A DNA stretch of 63,372 bases, filler included, from Octopus bimaculoides (Eukaryota): the NCBI RefSeq assembly GCF_001194135.2. It is 9 parts of 9 records of this genome, joined end to end, with 100 filler letters (N's around TTAATTAATTAA, not from the genome) between each part and the next. Parts side by side here need not be neighbours in the genome. Positions count along the whole stretch, not along the records: positions 16,417 to 23,731 come from NC_068991.1; positions 23,832 to 26,250 come from NC_068990.1; positions 26,351 to 44,901 come from NC_068981.1; 6 more parts are not named here. One strand, written 5' to 3'. The notes beneath the pieces were generated by a model, which did not search any database, had not been told where the DNA came from, and was given only the letters and a program-made list of their open reading frames with translations. Position numbers and translations under genes: made by a program. How positions within the stretch are numbered: the stretch's first letter is position 1; the number at the start of each line of letters is the position of its first letter. This document shows, in pieces, positions 23,266 to 35,459 of the stretch.

Positions 23266-23831
23266 TCTGGATGCTAGCTTTTGCTGGGTGGAGGTGCTTA
23301 TCTCCCCTGTTTGAAAACCTAAGGACACAGAACGCTTGTGTCACATAGCCAACTGGAAACAGTGTTTCCTGGGGCTAAATAGCAGTAGTATTCTTTCCTT
23401 TCCTGGGACTACCACATTAAGTTGGCAACAAACCATCACTTTATTGTGCTGCTACTGTATAAGTCTCTCTGAGAGATTTAGAAATGCAATATTTCTAATT
23501 ACATATATATACATATGTATATATATGTGTGTGTATATATATATATCTGTAAATATAATACGTGGCAATTATTCGGTAGCCATGATAAAACTCCGAATTT
23601 TGGATGTTGGGGCGGAAACCCTCACCGGCATCTCTTCAGTTATCAGGCCATCTAAATAAAATGCTACCTTGTAATTTTCTCCAAAAGTTTCTTAGAATAT
23701 AGTTTCCCTTGATGGTATAGGCATGTTTTTCNNNNNNNNNNNNNNNNNNNNNNNNNNNNNNNNNNNNNNNNNNNNTTAATTAATTAANNNNNNNNNNNNN
23801 NNNNNNNNNNNNNNNNNNNNNNNNNNNNNNN

Positions 23832-23865
<34 letters not shown>

Positions 23866-23868
23866 CAC

Positions 23869-23904
<36 letters not shown>

Positions 23905-26350
23905 ACGAATATATATATATATATATATACGGATATATACAGGTCTGATAGTTTTGTGAGCTGCATAGCAATCTCTCTGGTACTAGTGAGTGTAAAGATG
24001 TTGGCATCAGGAGAGGCATCAAGCTGTAAAAACCATGCCTAAGAAGAGGTTGAATCACAATGTGGCTCTTTCAATCTATCCAACCCACGCCAGCATGAAA
24101 TATGAAGATGTATGCATGAATCTACACACACACGCATGCTCACACACACACACACACACACAATATATATTGGTATGCTCATGTGTGTGTTTGTGTAAAG
24201 GTAATTTTTCCAATTTTATTCACTATCTGTTCAGTTGAGGAAATAACATTTAAATTTATTCCTTCTGTAGTGTTGCAGTTAGCATCTTTAACATCCAACT
24301 AGCCTAAGACAGGTGTTTATTCACTTGTTATATTAGTAGTTGGAAATTTAGCCTATATTCTAACTTTATCACTCTCTGTTGGTAAAGTGATAGAGTTATT
24401 ACAAGAAGTCTATGTATTGTAATAAGAATATTTAGTAACTGAATTATACTTTGACCAAATTATTGCATAAAATCAATTGAATGTCAGATGTATACTTCAG
24501 AGAGAAAGCAGTGTGTGATTTATTTGCTTTGTTTCCAAAAGTGATGTTTGTTGTAAACAGCAATTGTCAAGATTGTTGATATTAATCATTTAAGAAACAC
24601 ACAGAAACAGATAATGCTTTTATTGAAAATAAATTTTTCTTAAATATTTTCTAATGAACTCTGTTTATTTTAAATATGAATTAGAGTATTTTATGAGATT
24701 TCTTAAGCAAATATTTAGCTTTGATAAACTTTAATTAGCACTATTTAAATATTACACACATATCAATTTCATAAAATATGCAAAAAAGAAGTAGAAACTC
24801 TTCCTGTAAATAAGCTTCCAGAACACATTGTACAACGTGCTATTACATTATAAACTCTCTCTTCTGAAACAAATTTCACAAATTAATTCCATCTTGAAAA
24901 ACAAGTGAAAATGATGCTGACTGCAATCTGCTTCAAACTTGTACATTCCAAAATAATATGAAGACAAATTTTAATTATTGCCTGCTTATTTCATATATGC
25001 ACTCCCTTCCTTATTAAGATTTCAATTCTTAATATTTTAACGTCATATTAACACAAGTTATTGATCGGTTGCAATGTCCAACTAACCTATATTTACAACA
25101 GAATTAAAATTATAGCGCTATGGCAGGATAAATATACATGGACCCAACTAATAAGATAAGGCCTTTACCAATACTATTAGTTTTAATTTCATCAACATGT
25201 TTCCCAGTTGTTTGTCTCAGCCAACATTACATACATGCATACAGAAGATAGATAGACAGACAGACCAACAGACAGAAAAAAAAGCAAGATAAATAGGTTG
25301 GTAGGTAGGTAAGTAGGTAGACAGACAGACACACAGATTGAAGAACTAAACTTGGAAGCAAATGAGTGCCAAATAATCAAGTAAATCATGTTAGTAGACA
25401 AAATTAACTATGCATGATTTTTCTTACAATGCTTACTGAAACAAAAACTTATTTTGTAATTTGTATATATATTTTCAAATAAAACTTTTTCCAGCAATGT
25501 TTTCAAAAAATTTTAGCTATGCTCCCAAACATTTTTCTTGTTCCCACGAATTTCTCACAAACTTAAATAGAAACACTCTTTCACATAAGCTATAAAACAT
25601 TTAGGCAATTACACAAATTTATAGAGGCTGTATTTTACAATGATGTGTCAACAAGATTAAACAAAAATTCTATATTTTTTGTATAAATAATTCAACTCCC
25701 TTTTTAAAGGAAACATCCACGAAATTATGGAATTAGTGATAAAAGCCCTCAAAACGAATGTCGTTTTTATATAATTTGCAGCATAAAAGCATGAGATGAA
25801 TGATGAATGAGATAAATAAATCAAATCACAAGACATTTTCACACTTATTAACGACAAATTTTCAAGCAACAAATTAAGAAATAATATTGACAACTTAAAC
25901 AATAATACTAAGAAAACTTCTTTATTTACCAGGAATTGAATTTTGCTTACAGATAATCATATAAATATATGTATGAAAGTATGTACAAGTGCAGGAATAT
26001 GCATCTATTTACACACATGTATACATAAAATTTATATACATATATGACTTTGTGAGTGTATATATACATATACACACACAAACATATATATATATATACC
26101 TGTCCTCGTCTGTTGTTATTTTTTGTATATTCTCCCATATATATATATATCTGTGGCTATTTATATATATGTATATATATAAATATATATATATTTATTT
26201 ATATATGTATACAAATTATAATATATATAAATATATATATATTTATTTATNNNNNNNNNNNNNNNNNNNNNNNNNNNNNNNNNNNNNNNNNNNNTTAATT
26301 AATTAANNNNNNNNNNNNNNNNNNNNNNNNNNNNNNNNNNNNNNNNNNNN

Positions 26351-26382
<32 letters not shown>

Positions 26383-27351
26383 TTATACACATGTATATAT
26401 TTATATATATACACACAAACACACACATGCATATACATGTATATGTATGCACGTATATAGATATATGTGAATATATCAGTATATGCATACATTAAAATGT
26501 GTGTGTATGTACACTAACTTTCATCCGCAAAAATATGTTTGTAGTGTTTGTTGCCATCTCAACATAGCTGTTCCGTACGGATTGACGTTACTACTCTTTT
26601 CTAAGCCCAGGAGAATACCTTCACCTGCTGGTTAACGGCACAACCTACCTGTGACCGATATACTGCAAACAGCAGAGCGAACCCCTACCATCTAGCAATT
26701 TGACAGGGCTAGTAGACCAGCCCGGTTTCAGGGTAGCTAAAATCTCTATAAGAGATGCAAGTAATAACAATGCTGAAAACTAATGTTTGATCCCGCTTCA
26801 ACATGGCGACGGAACGACGTTACTGCCAATTTTTAACCCAAGGAAACAGCTTCTCCAGCTGGTTAGCAACACAACCTGTATTGTTACTACTTGTAGCTCT
26901 TATAAAGATTTTAGAACTAGCTACTTTCCTTGTAACACTATTTCTTTTTTTCTTTTTTTTTCCCCCTTTTACTGAACTGTTCAACACTCATGCATTGAAA
27001 TCGAGGAGAGTTTCCATCATAAATTAGATATAAGCTGACATACATGCTTAACCAGACCACTTCGTCAGGCATCATTACATAATCAAAGCACACATTGATT
27101 AATGCATGTTTTGATTATGAAATCACGTCTGAAGTGGTCTTAATATTTTGTTCTATTATGAAATATATTAACAAACAAATAACCATTCAACGAAAATGTA
27201 CATAACATTAATCAAATAACAGATTTCATTCATATTAATTTGTTACTGTATTATACTCTGCACTAAACGTGCAGTATGTTGCTGTTACATATTTACAGAG
27301 TGATTGCTATCGTGTTTTAACCAGATAATATTGCATTGTTTGTTTTCATAG

Positions 27352-27363
27352 ATTGGTTGATGG
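27352..27363 (+). CDS. Candidate 12-nt microexon
   Basis: TTGCATTGTTTGTTTTCATAG|ATTGGTTGATGG|GTAAGA; open in phase 1 (xWLMx) or phase 2 (LVDG). Confidence 0.2.
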
Positions 27364-27552
27364 GTAAGAAGTATTCACGGTATTCCTTCAGCATAACTTG
27401 GCAGTCAGACACTCGCATGAAGGGTCTCTGAGGTAAAAGTTCTTATCGCATGGATATATGCATACATACATGCATATATACAGACATACATAAGCATATA
27501 TATATATGCATATTTACATACATATATGTATATATATACTTACATTTATATG

Positions 27553-27632
<80 letters not shown>

Positions 27633-29780
27633 ATATATATGCATATATGGGTACAGGACGTTACAAAACATAAACAACATGAAATATGAAATACGAAAAC
27701 ATGGAATATGAATTTTTTTGCGAATAATGGAAAGAAACAAATGGGAAAACAAGGCAAGTAACATAAAGAACGACCCGTCATCAGTTGTCGGCTGTTTATC
27801 TACTTCATATTTAGAGCAATTACGATAGGATATGCCTTCGAGGAAACAGTTGCTCCCGCAACCCAAAATAGAATTTGTTACTGCACCTAGGCTAGTTTTA
27901 AACAACAGATCTTTTATTGTAAACATTCCCACCGTGGCCCTCCTATATGTATATCTAGAACTACGTTATCCAAGGAGTCGTTTGAGGCGTCAGGATAATC
28001 TGAACTGAATGCAATTTCACTGTTATTTCTAGAGACTACTTTGTTGGTTCATCGCCTTTTGATTATTTTGACTGCAGCGGTGGTGGTGATGGTGGTTGAG
28101 TTGACGAAGATGGTGTTGGAGGTTTTGGTGGGTAGCGTGACAGTTGTGGTGATAGTCATGATGGTCGCCGTAGTGGCTGCGATGTTAGTGGTGGTGGTAG
28201 TAGAGAATTTCACCTTTAATTACTGTCATTTCTTTTTCTATATATTTAAATTTCTTTACATATATGTATAAGTACCTATCAATCGTTGTAAGAAATATTC
28301 CAAACAGTCTGCTTAGTTCAACATATGCTTTTGTAAAGAAATGCGATTGGTAGTACGTAAATAAAACATACTTAGCTATTTCATACGAAAAACAGGGGAG
28401 ATGGAATAACGGAGAGGGAGAGGTGTGTTACAGGAAATAAAACCCCGAACAAGTGAAGGAACAAACAACCATTAATACACATACATATACAAGTATATAT
28501 GTACGTATATACACATCAAATTAGACTTACATACATATATATATATATNNNNNNNNNNNNNNNNNNNNNNNNNNNNNNNNNNNNNNNNNNNNNNNNNNNN
28601 NNNNNNNNNNNNNNNNNNNNNNNNNNNNNNNNNNNNNNNATATATGTATGTATATATCTACAGCTATGTATATTTATATGAATATATATGTATGTATGTA
28701 TATATGTATGAATGTTCATATAAAAAAGAATGTATGCGTATGTATATTAATGCGCCTTGTTCCTTCAATTATATATGCGTATACATGCATATATATATAT
28801 ATATATATACATACATGCATACATGCATACTTACATACATACATAAATGTAATATATATAATGAAAGAAATAGTTAATATAAAAAATACAACAAAAAATC
28901 GATTACCATCAACTCTGCAATTCTAAAAAACCGTGTATTAATGCATTAAGTTTTATTCCTTCCAAAGTCCTGTTGACTGCTGTTCATGATCACACACACA
29001 CACGCACACACACACATACATTTATGTGAATATACAAATATATATATGCATATATAAGCATATATGTATAAGCTTACGCGCGTGTATGCATATATGTATA
29101 TATTCATACATACGTATGCAATACACAGACTTACATACAAACACATATATATATTTGACATATATGCATACATATATGTACTGTTGTATGGAGAAATTCG
29201 ATTTGTCTATCAATCTATCTGCGTGGACTATCTTGCCGTCCACCAGAGAATAAGCTATTTTGAAACATTTCAAACGGTTTATTGATCCTCTTTTACTTGT
29301 AAACACGAAGCAACAACATCGTTATTACTTTTAGCAACAGTAATCGGGCGAACAATTGCATTGCATCTAAGTTATATTATATTGTGTTATATATTATATT
29401 TTGTTTATATTATATTTTGTTTATATTGTATTATATGTTGCAATTCACTTGGTCCCACACCCACGCACACGCACTTGCGCGCACACGCGCGCACACACAC
29501 ACACACAATTATGTATACATATATACGTACATATACATATGTGTGCGTGTGTGCATGTGCCTGTGTATGTGTATTTATATATTTATACATACACTCAGAA
29601 ATTCATACACTCATAGATTCACACACACACACACTCATACATATATATATATATATATATGTATACATATATACGTACATTTACATATATGTATGTGTGC
29701 GTGTATGTGTATTTATATATTATATATGTATATCTATATATTTATATGTATATGTATATCTATATATTCATATATAAATA

Positions 29781-30193
29781 GGCGTAGGAGTGGCTGTGTG
29801 GTAAGTAGCATGCTTACCAACCACATGGTTCCGGGTTCAGTCCCACTGCGTGGCATCTTGGGCAAGTGTCTTCTACTATAGCCTCGGGCCGACCAAAGCC
29901 TTGTGAGTGGATTTGGTAGACGGAAACTGAAAGAAGCTCGTCGTATATATGTATATATATATATATATGTATGTGTGTATGTGTTTGTGTGTCTGTGTTT
30001 GTCCCCCCAACATCGCTTGACAAGCGATGCTGGTGTGTTTATGTCCCCGTAATCTATTGGTTCGGCAAAAGAGACCGATAGAATAAGTACTAGGCTTCTG
30101 AAGAATAAGTCCTGGGGTCGATTTGCTCGACTAAAGGCGGTGCTCCAGCATGGCCACAGTCAAAAGACTGAAACAAGTAAAAGATTAAAAGAG
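29781..30193 (+). mobile_element. tRNA-derived SINE family B, full length (CORE-like; possibly octopus OR2-type)
   Basis: Head GGCGTAGGAGTGGCTGTGTGG with B-box GGGTTCAGTCCC; CTTGGGCAAGTGTCTT core; internal (TA)/(TG) microsatellite; candidate TSD TATATAAATA at 29771-80 and 30194-203 (low complexity). Confidence 0.92.
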
Positions 30194-30234
<41 letters not shown>

Positions 30235-30911
30235 ATATTCAGAACTATATTGGTATATCTTTGTGACTGTTTAAAGAAAATGTAGTAAAGAGACAAGGAG
30301 TGATATAGAGACGGAGGAAGTGAGAGACAGAAAGAGAACGAGAGGAGAGAGCTGAAAGCAAAATAAGAATGATTGATAGATTAACAGACACACGCACACA
30401 TACGTACACACACATACGTACACACACATACACACACACACTTACGTCTAATAAGCTTATACATAGTCATGCTATGTAAATGGCTCCTTTGGTTAAGTCG
30501 TAAGACCTTTTGCACAAAATGAACCGTAGAGCAGTTAGTTTCATATGCCATATAGGCGACATAACCAAATGTGTCTGTATATAGGTAATAGAGCCACATC
30601 TGAATGGTACGTATTTCGACTTGCCCAAATATGCTGTATTTCTACTAAAAAGTGCTCGAAAAACAAGTAAATTTGATCTAAGATTTCTTCTTAGCATATT
30701 CTCTTAATTTCATAAAATATGATTCTGGAAAGTTAATGATAATGACGTTCGAATATAAGCTCATATAATATAATATAATATAATATAACATAATATAAGC
30801 TGATAATCAGAGTGCATATGGTGAAAATACTTTAGTAAACGTATTGCAGTGTTCACACTGTTCATTAGCTTTCACGGGCATTCCGAATATTGTGGTTATT
30901 ACATTTTGCAG

Positions 30912-30970
30912 GACCGTCTTAAGAACATTTGTAGAACAATATTCAGAGAGATTTTACACATTTACAATAC
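30912..30970 (+). CDS. Candidate 59-nt exon
   Basis: TTACATTTTGCAG| ... TAC|GTAAGT; open in phase 0 (DRLKNICRTIFREILHIYN) or phase 2 (TVLRTFVEQYSERFYTFTI). Confidence 0.15.
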
Positions 30971-31534
30971 GTAAGTCAAATGAATGTGATTATAGCTAAG
31001 TACCTTTTAGTGATATGGTTCTTGGCTTCTACAATTCCTCATTCGTTTCAATTCGTCTCATTTTTCTCATAACTTCACTTCGCATTACACACGCAACAAG
31101 CCCGATGATTATAAAATTTACCTTCAGCACTACATGACAAGGTCTGCTTCTTACATGAAACCAGTGGTAACATGGATGTGAATAATTGTATTATATGCAA
31201 AATAATGTAAATATCTAATAAAAAATCTAATAAACTGAGTTCTTTCAAAACGTTGATATATAATATACAATACAGAAGAACTCACACAGAAACACACAAA
31301 CACACAAAAACCTATACATAGAAATATATAATCCAAGAAAGGGTTTATGTTATCAAAGTCCTTTTACTCTTAATAACGCGTTGCACTTCTTCAAATCAAA
31401 ATATTATTCTGAATAAGCGTTAACTGGAAACTGTGTAAATCTCAGGTTTATACAGTTTTACTTCTACAATTATCCTTAGCTCCTGTTTATGATGTACGTA
31501 TCTCTCCTTATGTTTATATAAACAAAAATAGACA

Positions 31535-31578
<44 letters not shown>

Positions 31579-31621
31579 CACGAGCGCACAACAAACATAA
31601 AATATGTGTTAATATTTGCGG

Positions 31622-31658
<37 letters not shown>

Positions 31659-31928
31659 TGTGTGTACGTATGTGCGTGTGCCATTGTAACTATATATATC
31701 ATTTTTAGATAAATAGATAACTAAACAGATAAAAATAGGTAGTTAGATATTACATATTTATACACACACAGATACACACACGCATGTATATAGAGAGAAG
31801 GGGGGAGTTGTGTGTGTATGAGTGTGCGTGCGTGTGTGCATATGTAGACGATGTATGTTTTAGTCAAGGCTTCACTTGCATTTAAATATTTGAAAGAAAT
31901 ATATATGTAACGGCATACATACAGCCCC

Positions 31929-31999
<71 letters not shown>

Positions 32000-32363
32000 C
32001 ATACATACATACATACATACATACATACACGCACATAGAGTGGTGTATGCGTATATGCATACATACAAATACATAAAACAATATTGCGTATATAATTGTG
32101 TGTATATATGTGACTTGTGTTCGTAGTTGTATTTGCGCCTGTGTGGTTTTCTATCCACCCGTATTTAGGGTATATTTATGGGTGCACATATCAAAACTCA
32201 ATAGGCGAAAAGATATATGATACGAAAGAGCGCATGTTCTGGTAGATCAAGTGTAGGGTCTGCGATTCGTACAGGGTGTGTGAGTGCAAAACTCCTGTTC
32301 CTATGTGTGGATGTGGTTTCGTTTGAAGGAGACTGTCATAGATACATCCATATACATATGCGT

Positions 32364-32398
<35 letters not shown>

Positions 32399-32402
32399 TA
32401 TA

Positions 32403-32435
<33 letters not shown>

Positions 32436-33137
32436 NNNNNNNNNNNNNNNNNNNNNNNNNNNNNNNNNNNNNNNNNNNNNNNNNNNNNNNNNNNNNNNNN
32501 NNNNNNNNNNNNNNNNNNNNNNNNNNNNNNNNNNNNNNNNNNNNNNNNNNNNNNNNNNNNNNNNNNNNNNNNNNNNNNNNNNNNNNNNNNNNNNNNNNNN
32601 NNNNNNNNNNNNNNNNNNNNNNNNNNNNNNNNNNNNNNNNNNNNNNNNNNNNNNNNNNNNNNNNNNNNNNNNNNNNNNNNNNNNNNNNNNNNNNNNNNNN
32701 NNNNNNNNNNNNNNNNNNNNNNNNNNNNNNNNNNNNNNNNNNNNNNNNNNNNNNNNNNNNNNNNNNNNNNNNNNNNNNNNNNNNNNNNNNNNNNNNNNNN
32801 NNNNNNNNNNNNNNNNNNNNNNNNNNNNNNNNNNNNNNNNNNNNNNNNNNNNNNNNNNNNNNNNNNNNNNNNNNNNNNNNNNNNNNNNNNNNNNNNNNNN
32901 NNNNNNNNNNNNNNNNNNNNNNNNNNNNNNNNNNNNNNNNNNNNNNNNNNNNNNNNNNNNNNNNNNNNNNNNNNNNNNNNNNNNNNNNNNNNNNNNNNNN
33001 NNNNNNNNNNNNNNNNNNNNNNNNNNNNNNNNNNNNNNNNNNNNNNNNNNNNNNNNNNNNNNNNNNNNNNNNNNNNNNNNNNNNNNNNNNNNNNNNNNNN
33101 NNNNNNNNNNNNNNNNNNNNNNNNNNNNNNNNNNNNN

Positions 33138-33173
<36 letters not shown>

Positions 33174-33666
33174 GAGTTTGTGTAAATTTGCCTGTGTATG
33201 TAAGTTAATGCACAAGATAACACGAAACTACACGCACTGGGGGTATGCGATAAATGATAAAACGTCTGTGCGTCCGTCTGTGTGTGTATGAGAGAGAGAA
33301 AGTGAGAATGAGAGAGTGTAGTGAGTGAGTGTGTGTGTAGAGGGATGTATATACGTATATGTATACATATATATAAACCTGTGTATGTGTATTTGAACGT
33401 AGAGACATAGACACAGACACACATACAAACACAAATAAACAAGTGCAAATGTGAGAAAGATGTGTTCGCACTCAGACAATCGCTGAACATGTATGTCAAT
33501 AATTGCATCAAGTAATTATTTAACAATCATCGTCCATCTTGGTTCTCAACAACCATAAATAACGGAGATAAGACCTCAAATATTTATTTTTAATTTTCTT
33601 TCTACTTCCGTTTTCTTTTTTTCTTTTTTCATTTTTGTTCTGAATACGTACAAGGACACATATACG

Positions 33667-33728
<62 letters not shown>

Positions 33729-33837
33729 CGAGCTTACATATATGTATATAGACAAACATAAATTTCTACGCACATATAGATATGAAAAAATACACTCGTC
33801 TGAACGTGTAAGTGTGTGTGCACACACACACACACAC

Positions 33838-33910
<73 letters not shown>

Positions 33911-34148
33911 TGTGTGTCTGTGTGTCTGTGTGCATGTATGTACGTACGTATGTATGTATGTATATTAAGACATGAATATATAGATATATTTGTATAAATA
34001 CATTCGTTTATATGTATATGCGTGTACTGCGCGCACACACGCACACACACACATGGTAATATATACTGCTTTTGTTTGTGTGTGTGTCTCTTATTCTATC
34101 TCTCAATATCTATCTGTCTGTCTATCTATTTATCTCTCTCTCTCTCTC

Positions 34149-34185
<37 letters not shown>

Positions 34186-35459
34186 CCTGATAGACCCTGC
34201 TATGTCAAGATGGACTTATATATTCTTCCTCTGCTCTCTCCCACTTGGTTTTAATATGTTGCCACATTTGTAATATGTCTTTTTTTCTACATTTTTTCGT
34301 GCAGCTGAAGATTGCTCTTCATATTGCATTTAAGGTAATGCTCACATTACTTAAATAAATTGAAGTAGCATGAAACGTGCGTACTGCAATCACTTTTGAA
34401 ATCCGTGTTGCTTATTATTTGATTTTAATCACCCATCCTTTTGGGATGTGATATTNNNNNNNNNNNNNNNNNNNNNNNNNNNNNNNNNNNNNNNNNNNNN
34501 NNNNNNNNNNNNNNNNNNNNNNNNNNNNNNNNNNNNNNNNNNNNNNNNNNNNNNNNNNNNNNNNNNNNNNNNNNNNNNNNNNNNNNNNNNNNNNNNNNNN
34601 NNNNNNNNNNNNNNNNNNNNNNNNNNNNNNNNNNNNNNNNNNNNNNNNNNNNNNNNNNNNNNNNNNNNNNNNNNNNNNNNNNNNNNNNNNNNNNNNNNNN
34701 NNNNNNNNNNNNNNNNNNNNNNNNNNNNNNNNNNNNNNNNNNNNNNNNNNNNNNNNNNNNNNNNNNNNNNNNNNNNNNNNNNNNNNNNNNNNNNNNNNNN
34801 NNNNNNNNNNNNNNNNNNNNNNNNNNNNNNNNNNNNNNNNNNNNNNNNNNNNNNNNNNNNNNNATATATATATATATATATATACATGGTATGTGTGTAC
34901 ACATATGGATAAGCTTGCACACATCCACAAACGGATGCGTATTTTTCTATTCTCCCCTTTGGTGAACTTGATATAACAAGATTTTGTTTGTCTACAAGCG
35001 CAACGAAGTTTATGAAAAAATATGATAATTGTACAAGGGAGAATTTTAAGACTTCTCTGGGATTATCTATTTGTGATTGTGTGTGTATGTGCATATTTGT
35101 GTGTGGGTGCATATGTGTGTGTGTGTGTGTGCGTGCGTGTGTGTGTGTGCACGCGCGTATATCTGTGTTTGGGTCTTTAAGTGTGTGTGTATGTTGCACT
35201 GCCAATTGTGTGGGTTATTAAATTGTGTGTAACTCTTCTACTATGCTTAATGGGTTTGCAGAAATAACAGGTTCCATGTGTGTGTGTGTGTTTTTTTTTT
35301 TTTGCGTATATGAAAATATATATATATACGTACGTACAATCACATACACACACATGCATAGTCTTGACATCCAAAGAAACTACGAGAGAGCATGAAATAA
35401 TTGTTTTTCTATTTTCTTTTGGGAACGGTTTAAATCGGATTAGACACACACACAGAAAA

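Noticed and set aside
28075-28200. Thr-rich mucin-like (minus) or Val-rich TM-like (plus) ORF
   Set aside because: Decayed (GGT/GTG)n trinucleotide low-complexity sequence.
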